DNA of 48,175 nucleotides from NCBI GenBank assembly GCA_001513385.1, contig LFTK01000130.1, positions 1 to 48,175 of the forward strand, given 5' to 3'. The DNA comes from Clostridiales bacterium DTU064 (GTDB lineage: Bacteria > Bacillota > Clostridia > Oscillospirales > CAG-272). The number at the start of each line of letters is the position of its first letter. Position 1 is the stretch's first letter. The translations under genes were made by a program, and so were the position numbers. Positions 30,849 through 38,869 of this stretch are shown here, in pieces. The notes beneath the pieces were generated by a model. The model saw only the letters and a list, made by a program, of their open reading frames with translations, had not been told where the DNA came from and searched no databases.

Positions 30849-31046
30849 ATGTCAAGATGTGTAATTTTAACAGAGTAAAAATTTATGAATTTATTTGAGA
30901 AGGTCATTGCCAAAGGGAAGGGGCAGACAACAACCCTTGGTTGACAATCCATGATGTTTCATCTAAATGAAGATGTCGTCGCATTAGAAACCCGTGATAC
31001 CGGAAAAATCCTTTATTTGTTCTCCGACGGACGATTTAACGGTTGA
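30849..31046 (+). pseudogene. tnsA: Tn7 TnsA-like endonuclease gene remnant, copy 2 (in-frame stops plus a frameshift)
   Basis: Reads ..FI*EGHCQREGADNNPWLTIHDVSSK*RCRRIRNP*, then after a shift TGKILYLFSDGRFNG*. It is colinear with TnsA ..EGRGQGxGxDYxPWLTxxxVxSxGRxxRIxxxxTGRxxxLxSDxE. Confidence 0.55.
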
Positions 31047-31226
31047 AATATAGTAAGGTAAAAGTAAAATTATAAACAATGAACTCCACTGTTATAAACA
31101 TGGATATAACCTGTTCCTGTGAAAACTGTCGTGCAACCAGTCTTGATTTCTCACAAAATATAGCGGATGTACCAACCTTGTTTTCTTCTCGTTGGTGCTT
31201 TCTGCAGAAAGGCATGGTGGTAGATA

Positions 31227-32651
31227 ATGAGCATGAGCATAACAAGTAACGAAACAAAGTATAAGTCAACCCTTATCGCAGGATTTATGGTGCCTCATCC
31301 GCCAATGATTGTTCCTGATATAGGCAGGGGAAGTGAAGCGCAGATATCAGAAACGATAAAGGCGTATGAAAAGGTTGCGAGTGAAATCGCAGCAATCGAA
31401 CCCGAAACAATAATAATCACAAGCCCGCATTCCGTCATGTATTTGGACTACTTTCACATATCACCGGGAAAGGGGGCTGCAGGAAGCTTTGCTTCTTTCA
31501 GGGCTTCGGGGGTCAAATTTAGCGAGAGATATGACGAAGAACTCGTTTACGAGATAACAAAGCTCGCGGACGCGGAAAAAATCCCGGCGGGGACGCTGGG
31601 GGAAAGAGACGCAAGGCTTGATCACGGCACGATGGTTCCGCTATGGTTTATCAGAAATAGATATAAAGGCGGCAAGATCGTAAGAATCGGTTTGTCGGGC
31701 CTGCCTTTAATAGATCACTACAGGCTCGGGATGATTATTCGTGATGCTGTCAATAATATCGGAAGACGCGCGGTTATTGTAGCGAGCGGAGATCTCTCGC
31801 ATAAACTGCAGGAGTATGGCCCATACGGATACGCGCCTGAGGGTCCCGAGTATGATAAACGGATAATGGATGTCATGAGCAGAGCGGCTTTTAGCGAACT
31901 TTTTGATTTTGACAGCACATTCTGCGAGAAAGCTGCAGAATGCGGTCACCGCTCTTTCGTAATCATGGCAGGCGCGTTTGACGGAATGTCTGTGCGCGCA
32001 GAGAAACTATCATACCAGGATATCACAGGCGTAGGATACGGAATATGCACTTTTTATCCTGATGGATATGATGAAAGCAGGCGCTTTCTTGACCGCAGGC
32101 TGGCTGAGGTAGAGGAAGAACTGCGCTTAAAACGGGACAAGTCCGATGCGTATGTCAGACTTGCCCGCAATGCAATTGAGGCATACGTGCTTAGAAGGGA
32201 AAGGATATCCGTACCGGATGGCCTTCCCGAAGAGATGCTGACAAGGAAGGCAGGAGTGTTTGTCTCAATCCACAAGCACGACAGCCTAAGGGGCTGCATC
32301 GGCACTATAAGCCCGACGAGAAGCTGCGTGGCTGAGGAGATAATCACAAACGCGATCAGCGCAGCCACAAAAGATCCGAGGTTCCCGGCAATTTTGCCGG
32401 ATGAGCTCGGTTGGCTTGAGATAAGTGTCGATGTCCTCGGAGAGCCTGAGGATATTGAGTCGAAGGATGAGCTTGATGTAAAGAAATACGGAGTCATCGT
32501 GTCATCGGGTTTGAAGAAGGGACTGCTGCTTCCTGATATTGACGGTGTAGACACGGTTGATCAGCAGGTGGATATAGCAATGAAGAAGGCCGGCATCCAC
32601 AGCAGCGAAAAGTATAAATTGCAGAGATTTGAAGTAGTCAGGCATTATTGA
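31227..32651 (+). CDS. fusion of a class III extradiol-dioxygenase-fold (LigB/Memo superfamily) domain with an AMMECR1 domain (AmmeMemoRadiSam system component)
   Basis: 474 aa. N-terminal half [15 protein letters not shown]...SPHS...GDLSHKL. C-terminal half contains the AMMECR1 signature [18 protein letters not shown]. Confidence 0.8.
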   Translation: MSMSITSNETKYKSTLIAGFMVPHPPMIVPDIGRGSEAQISETIKAYEKVASEIAAIEPETIIITSPHSVMYLDYFHISPGKGAAGSFASFRASGVKFSERYDEELVYEITKLADAEKIPAGTLGERDARLDHGTMVPLWFIRNRYKGGKIVRIGLSGLPLIDHYRLGMIIRDAVNNIGRRAVIVASGDLSHKLQEYGPYGYAPEGPEYDKRIMDVMSRAAFSELFDFDSTFCEKAAECGHRSFVIMAGAFDGMSVRAEKLSYQDITGVGYGICTFYPDGYDESRRFLDRRLAEVEEELRLKRDKSDAYVRLARNAIEAYVLRRERISVPDGLPEEMLTRKAGVFVSIHKHDSLRGCIGTISPTRSCVAEEIITNAISAATKDPRFPAILPDELGWLEISVDVLGEPEDIESKDELDVKKYGVIVSSGLKKGLLLPDIDGVDTVDQQVDIAMKKAGIHSSEKYKLQRFEVVRHY

Positions 32652-32662
32652 CGGAGGTGGGT

Positions 32663-33523
32663 ATGGCTGTTTGTGAAGTGTGCTTCAGACACTGCAATAT
32701 CGCCGAGGGAGGAGTTGGTTTCTGCGGGGCCAGAACCTGCCGGCAGGGAAAGGTAACAGCTGCAAACTACGGCAGGATCACTTCTCTTGCGCTCGATCCG
32801 ATAGAAAAGAAGCCGCTGACAAGGTTCCGCCCGGGTTCTATGATCATTTCGGTAGGAAGCTATGGTTGCAATCTTCGGTGTCCTTTCTGCCAGAACTACC
32901 AGATTTCCTGGTCAGATGTGGCACGCAGATATGCGGAAAGAGCCGATTATATTACTCCTGAAGAACTCTCCTCAATCGCGGCATCTTACCGCGGGCAGGG
33001 AAACATAGGCGTTGCCTTTACGTACAATGAGCCGCTTATCGGGTATGAATACGTACTTGACGCGGCAAAGTTGATGCATGAGATGGGGATGGTGAACGTG
33101 TTGGTCACCAACGGCACAGCAGAGCTTTGGGTGCTGAGGACACTTACGCCATACATTGATGCCATGAATATTGACCTCAAGGGATTTACAGATAGATATT
33201 ACCGGGATGTTCTCGGCGGAAATCGGAGGATGGTCATGGACTTCATAGAAGAAGCCGTGAAAAACTGCCATGTCGAGCTGACAACACTGATCGTGCCTGG
33301 TGAGAACGATACAGTTGACGAGATGCGTGCCCTGACTGAATGGGTTTCCGGATTGACAGACAGGGAAGGAAGAGTCATCGGGCCGGACATTCCGCTGCAC
33401 ATTACGAGATTTTTCCCGCGCTTTCATATGACAGACAGACAGCCAACTGATGTGGGACTGATATACAGCCTTGCTAAGACTGCGAGAGAGAGGTTGAATT
33501 ACGTATACGTGGGCAACTGCTGA
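32663..33523 (+). CDS. AmmeMemoRadiSam-system radical SAM enzyme
   Basis: Start preferred at ATG 32663 (SD GGAGGTGGG). CxxxCxxC cluster CNLRCPFCQN. N-terminal Cys-rich segment CEVCFRHC. Abuts and overlaps the AMMECR1 gene. Confidence 0.85.
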   Translation: MAVCEVCFRHCNIAEGGVGFCGARTCRQGKVTAANYGRITSLALDPIEKKPLTRFRPGSMIISVGSYGCNLRCPFCQNYQISWSDVARRYAERADYITPEELSSIAASYRGQGNIGVAFTYNEPLIGYEYVLDAAKLMHEMGMVNVLVTNGTAELWVLRTLTPYIDAMNIDLKGFTDRYYRDVLGGNRRMVMDFIEEAVKNCHVELTTLIVPGENDTVDEMRALTEWVSGLTDREGRVIGPDIPLHITRFFPRFHMTDRQPTDVGLIYSLAKTARERLNYVYVGNC

Positions 33524-33642
33524 CTGTGTTTATTAGAAGGGATATGTATGCTATTGGCGAGCCGGGCTGATGTACCAGTTATTAATTTCAATATATAAAT
33601 TTTAGGGATTTATTGTACATCATGTCTTGTTATTATATTCAT

Positions 33643-33734
33643 GCAGGGATAGGCACAAACTTAATTCTACCTTACGTGCCCTATTCCTGCTACTTTTTTT
33701 CTCACTGCCCAATATGTATTGTAACACTACACAT
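33643..33734 (+). repeat. copy A of the 4-copy intergenic repeat family (hairpin + T-tract + conserved box)
   Basis: GCAGGGATAGGCAC-N19-GTGCCCTATTCCTGC-TAC-T7-CTCACTGCCCAATATGTATTGTAACACTACACAT. Confidence 0.85.
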
Positions 33735-33917
33735 ATTATTACATATACGTTGACAATCAGTTTTTCATGAAATATATTATTAGGAAATAATCCATGTTAC
33801 AACATCTTTGGAAGGAATGACGAAGTATGAGGGTATTTTGAACAGTGATTGTCAATTCAAAAGTATATATAGATTATAAGTGGATTCCATTAAAAATTAG
33901 AGAAATTAATTACATTT

Positions 33918-33978
33918 GTGTTCTATTCCTGATACTTTTTTCTATCACTATCCAATATGTAATGTAACCCTACATATG
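33918..33978 (+). repeat. copy B of the repeat family (more diverged)
   Basis: GTGTTCTATTCCTGATACTTTTTTCTATCACTATCCAATATGTAATGTAACCCTACATATG. It ends 100 nt upstream of the ORF at 34079. Confidence 0.75.
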
Positions 33979-34078
33979 TCCAATAATAAATCGTTTTAAT
34001 AAAAAAAGAAGTATGATATAACATGAATATCATGCTTCTATTAACAAGAGAAATATAACGTAATGTAAGAGAAATATT

Positions 34079-35174
34079 ATGAAAATATTTAAAGCAATTC
34101 AAGCATTGATAAAAAGCTCTTTTTTTTCGAAAAAGGCATTTATTATCCTTCTAATTTTAAGCATATCTATCTCCTGTGCCGTATTCATTTATTTCAACAC
34201 ATCGTATTTTGATGAACTAAGAAGTTTATTTTCATCATCGCTTGAGCTTCACAGCGTTATCATTACATTCCCTGAAAATGTGGATTATAAAAGCATAGAA
34301 TCAGCCCTTGAGGTGCTCGACCACGATTTTTGCGAGTACATTATACTGGGTTATAATATAAACTATCGAAGAAATCCTTATAGTATAAATAATATTTGCT
34401 CTTTTGTTCCGGTCCGGATTAACCCTTATACATTTCTTTACTCAACGTCAACATGGGAGATATTTGAAAAAGAACCTGAGCCGGGTCACACATATTTAAG
34501 CGCCCAAATATTTTCAGATATAAAGGCAAAACGACCATATTTAGGTCAAACCTTTTCGTTAGGTGATGTGGAAGGCCGTAGGGAGTACATATTTGACGAC
34601 AGAATCGCGATTGACAATTTTGAAATGATAGTGTCCCTCGATGATTTTATAACTTACGATAAAGTTAGTTTTTTGGTATACAGTTATTCTGAGGGCACTC
34701 CCCTTTCCGTGATAGTTAAAACTAACGAGAAGTTAGAAGAGCTTTTCCCGGGAGTTGAGTGCGAAATAAAAAGAGGACTGCCTGAATCAAAAAAAAGGCG
34801 ATTACTATTCAAACATTTCCTATTTATCAATTTTTATGTTCGCATGCGTCGTAAGCTGTGGGATCATATATATTTACATAGTAGGAGAGCGTAAAAAAGA
34901 TTTTTCGGTCATGCGTCTTTTCGGTATAAAGCGGCACCATGTGTTTTTATCAATAATGCTTGAGCTTTTCATATATAACTTTATTGCCTATGCCATAACG
35001 CTGTCTTTATTCATTGCTTGGTGGCTTATAAGTAACGGGAACGTATCAATTTGGCTGCACATAAAAGATGCTCTTTTCATTATCGGTTTATTGTCTATAT
35101 TTTGTTTTATAACAAGCATAATCCTTGCCCTATATTTATCACGCAAGATACCATCCGCTTATAAAACAATGTAA
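34079..35174 (+). pseudogene. FtsX-like ABC permease, frameshifted
   Basis: Track ORFs 34079-34894 and 34836-35174 are in different frames. The shift is near the A8 run at about 34786-34793. The C-terminal part carries FtsX-type TM helices (..ERKKDFSVMRLFGIKRHHVFLSIMLELFIYNFIAY..). Confidence 0.6.
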
Positions 35175-35188
35175 AATTTTGAGGTTTA

Positions 35189-36407
35189 ATGATGACGGAA
35201 GTTAAAACAAAAACACCTGAAAAGCAACGCTTTGCATCATTTTTCAAAATACTAAATATTGAAGCTCTTCATATAAGGTTAATATTAAAGAAAAATAAAA
35301 CAATATATCTGATGCTCATCATTGAGCTTACTCTTTTAGCCTTTTCTTTAAGTACTGTTGTATCAAGCCTGTTCGTCGATATTTACAGGAAATACAGGTA
35401 TCTTGACAGAGAAATGGGACAGGATATTGCTGTTCTCTGTATAGACAGCTCTATTGATGATACGCTATTGATGCAAATCGAATACGATGGATATATAGAC
35501 CTTGTTAATGAAATAAGAGAAATAAACGGAATCACAAATGCAGGGTTTATCATAAATAACTGGGATACTGTAAAAGGCGGTGTTTCTACTGAAATACGGA
35601 TTTATCATGCATTTATCTTAGATTCAATTAGTCAGCCTTTGTCTGAGGGGAGATGGCTAAACACAGAAAGCGGAGAGCAAAATCCTCCCGAATGTGTTAT
35701 TGGCGGAGAACTTACAGATGTTTATTCAATCGGTGATATAATTCAATGCTCCGAAGGAAGGAAATATAAAGTAATCGGGAAACTTACAAAACAATTCTAC
35801 GTGCTGTCGACAGATACAAGTTCAAATAAACATTATAGTATTTCATATTTTCTTGATAATAAAGATAATGTTATTATAACAACTGATAAAAACCAAAAAG
35901 CCAGTACTACAGGTTCACTTCTTATTGAATATGATAAATCAATTTCCTTAAATGAATTAAGGGTACTCCTTTCACGTTATGGCATACTTTTTCGTTTGAT
36001 GATATGTACAATAACGCAAAATACGATATATTGAAAAAAATAAAAGACTCATTCCCATATTTAGCTTCAATTCTCGTTTCATCAATTATTATTTCAACGG
36101 GAGGGTTTTAATATCATTTCAGCGGAACATAAAAAATTATGCCATCCTGTCGCTGTATGGACAACGAAAGAGACAAATCATTATATCAATTATTTTTGCT
36201 TATTTAGTAATCTTAATTTTATCGTATTTCCTTGGGTGTATTGCTTATAAAATTAACACTTCTACAGAGCCCATCCCTGATCCAATTACATACGAGGGAT
36301 ATATTGCCACAGGCATTGTCTTTTCAATAATATTAATCATAAATTGTATAATTATTTCCGCTGTTTTTCATCGCTCGCCCCTTTCAATATATATTGAAAA
36401 CAAATAA
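35189..36407 (+). pseudogene. second FtsX-like ABC permease, multiple frameshifts
   Basis: ORF 35189-36034 ends prematurely. Downstream frames continue with ..NNAKYDILKKIKDSFPYLASILVSSIIIS.. and ..NIKNYAILSLYGQRKRQIIISIIFAYLVILILSYFLGCIAYK...AVFHRSPLSIYIENK*. Confidence 0.5.
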
Positions 36408-36456
36408 TGCGTATGTAATATAAAAGTATTATTTTATAATTATAATGGAGAAACAC

Positions 36457-36885
36457 ATGATTAAGCTTGAGGAAGTAACGAAAAATACCGCATATCAAAG
36501 GACAGGGATTTTACAGCGCTGAAAGGCATCAATTTATCGATAAATCAAGGAGTATTTGTCGCTATCACGGGAAAATCCGGCGCCGGCAAATCGACACTTT
36601 TACATATAATCGGCTGCATTGATAATGTATCGGGGGGCAGATATGAGCTTGACGGGCGGGATATAAGCAGTCTTGGCGACGCGAAACTTTCCGAAATACG
36701 AAACTCTTACTTCGGCTTTGTCCTGCAGGATTTCGCGCTTATAAACGATATGACGGCTGCTGAAAACATAATTGATACCCGTGTTTTTCTCAAAACGTCC
36801 GATGCGCGGCATATCTGAGAGGGTAAAAGCACTCTTAACAGAGGTGGGTTTGCCTGAAATGGCAAATAAAAAGGTGAAATTATAA
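36457..36885 (+). pseudogene. MacB/LolD-type ABC ATPase: two frameshifts and truncated before the LSGGQ signature
   Basis: MIKLEEVTK, then a shift at an A5 run, then KYRISKDRDFTALKGINLSINQGVFVAITGKSGAGKSTLLHIIG (Walker A)...FGFVLQDFALINDMTAAENI. A further shift gives ..ERVKALLTEVGLPEMANKKVKL*. No signature motif or Walker B follows. Confidence 0.7.
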
Positions 36886-37343
36886 CTTAACCGATTTTTT
36901 AACGTCATTATAGCTTCCTGAAATAAAAATAGATAATAAAATGCTTTATAGTATAGAGTATGTCATGCCGATTGATAATTGCCTTAAAGCGGTGTATTGA
37001 CTAAAAGTTGATTATATATCAGGAGAGTATGAAGCGTGGTATACTCCGTTAAGACATTTAAACGTGCCGCGTTGAATGGCTTATCTCTTGTTATGTGATA
37101 CTTTATATCCTGTACGCACTATGTTTGGGGTTAATTAATAAATTAAAACACAACTCCACGACACTGAACAGGTCTGCAGATAAATCAGTGTTTTTTTATT
37201 ATTGTAATTTGTAAATACCTTAAGAGGTTTATATAACATGGTCAGTCAACGATTAAGGAAAAGGATTGGGGAAGATGTACGATAGGATGACAGGCACTTC
37301 ATTTCGGTTAAATCACGTCGGGTTACTTGATTCTGCTTTATGA

Positions 37344-37398
37344 GTCCTGTTCCTGCTACTTTTTCTCTCACTGTTCAATATGTATTGTAGCGCTACAT
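37344..37398 (+). repeat. copy C of the repeat family
   Basis: GTCCTGTTCCTGCTACTTTTTCTCTCACTGTTCAATATGTATTGTAGCGCTACAT. It ends 108 nt upstream of the ORF at 37507. Confidence 0.8.
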
Positions 37399-37506
37399 AA
37401 GTACAATAGTAATATTTACATGTGGTGTTGACAACAAGCATATAATGGAATTAGATATAAACTATTATTATAAATAGGTGTTGCTATGAAATAACGCTCA
37501 CTTCTT

Positions 37507-38275
37507 TTGTTGATAACAATCGCTATAGTTGTTGCAGTTAACATAACAATGATACTCGTAATGAATGCAGGTGAGACTGAAACACAAAACACCGATAATG
37601 AAACAGAAGAATGTTTAGAAATAGAAATTGAATACGAATGGCCTGCTGCCGACTATGACCGCTGGGCCGGTGGTCGTAGTTCTAGTATAAGTTATACTCC
37701 TTCTCCGCTTGACGAGGTTTATAAAGAGTCTGAGATGGTTGTTGAAGTTGTAATAACAGAATAACTTGGTGAATCAGTAAGTGATGGACATTATTTTGAC
37801 TTTACGTATTTTAAAGCTAAAATTTAAAAACATACAAAAACACTACAGGAATTAAACAAGAAGAAGTAATAATAGCGCAAAGAGGTTGCTCTGAGATGCT
37901 TTATTGCTCTTGGTATCCGCTATATGCCCCTGGAAATCGCATGATAGTTGCCCTTATGCCATTAAAACCATTTAATATTGAAAACATTCTATATGAAGAC
38001 GCATATTTTGTCTATTACGGCTATTTAACAACGTTTTACTTATGCCAGTAAAAAGGCGTAGATTATATCATAAAAATACACGATCCTTATTATTTTGATT
38101 TATATAAACCTGTAGAAGATGAAAAACTAATATCCGAGATATCAGAGAAATTTATCAAAGATGACCCTGTTTGGATTGAAGAACCTGAGGTGAAAGAATA
38201 CAACATACCAGTGTTATTTAATAATATAACTACCAGCGAAAGCGTTGATAAGTATATTGAAAGTGTTGTGAAATA
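37507..38275 (+). pseudogene. hypothetical secreted/membrane-anchored protein gene with nonsense and frameshift lesions
   Basis: The N-terminal TM ORF (85 aa) ends at TAA 37762-37764. Protein-like reading resumes (LGESVSDGHYFDFTYFKAKI), shifts frame near 37830 (..GIKQEEVIIAQRGCSEMLYCSWYPLYAPGNRMIVALMPLKPF..), and crosses a second in-frame TAA at 38049-38051. It ends ..DKYIESVVK*. Confidence 0.4.
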
Positions 38276-38550
38276 AAAAAATTACCATATAAATGTAAAA
38301 TGCATTAAAAAGAAACAGAGTTATAAATGCGAAAAGATTATTATATATTCTAAACTAACTATTTCTCTGTTTCTTTTTTTAATGTGCGCAATAATGTCTA
38401 CTACTACGCTTTGTCATTCGGGAAAAATACCTTTTGTTAAAACATTTGACTCGGATTTTTGGACAAGTCATGCACATTTTACAGAAGCCAGTGATGAACG
38501 CTGGAGTGTTGATGAATTAGAACATACTATTTTTATTTATTCAGTCATTA

Positions 38551-38590
38551 AGTACAGATGTCCCATATGGGATTAATCTGTACTTTTTTT
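38551..38590 (+). terminator. Rho-independent terminator
   Basis: AGTACAGAT-N16-ATCTGTACT followed by T7. The T-tract overlaps the start of the right inverted repeat. Confidence 0.55.
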
Positions 38591-38631
38591 ATGCTCTATC
38601 CGTTGGCCACCCCAACATTTAGTATAGAACC
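38583..38631 (-). repeat. right copy of the 49-bp inverted repeat (partner at 24646-24694)
   Basis: The plus strand reads CTTTTTTTATGCTCTATCCGTTGGCCACCCCAACATTTAGTATAGAACC. It lies 239 bp upstream of the cas3 ATG. Confidence 0.85.
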
Positions 38632-38790
38632 GAGTTTAAAAATGCCGTAGGAGGTTATTTTGTATATATGGGAATGCAGACACATCAGTGTGCTGGTTCT
38701 TTATGTATATAAAGTGTTTGAAATGATTATCTTATTAAAATTATTATTAATTACAAAATACAATAAATTGACATAAAACCCCCATATATG

Positions 38791-38819
38791 TTGACAATAT
38801 TTGTATGAGATGATAAAAT
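38791..38819 (+). promoter_or_regulatory. candidate sigma-70-type promoter of the cas operon
   Basis: TTGACA (38791-38796), 17-nt spacer, TAAAAT (38814-38819), about 50 nt upstream of the cas3 ATG. Confidence 0.45.
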
Positions 38820-38869
38820 TGTATAAACGAAAATATTAGAAAACATTAAATAGAGTGTGAATTTAAAAA

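Noticed and set aside
36600-36908. 102-aa minus-strand ORF.
   Set aside because: It is antisense to the recognisable Walker-A-containing ABC ATPase remnant on the plus strand and has no independent support.
18647-38051. Several long ORFs interrupted by single in-frame stops (TAA 18647, TAG 25604, TAA 37762 and 38049), raising the idea of stop-codon reassignment or programmed readthrough.
   Set aside because: The same codons terminate the clearly intact genes in the window: TAA ends hppA, cas3, cas8c and cas7c, and TAG ends the cas2 tail. Two different stop codons are involved. The affected genes sit among frameshifted and truncated neighbours. Ordinary nonsense mutations are the simpler explanation.
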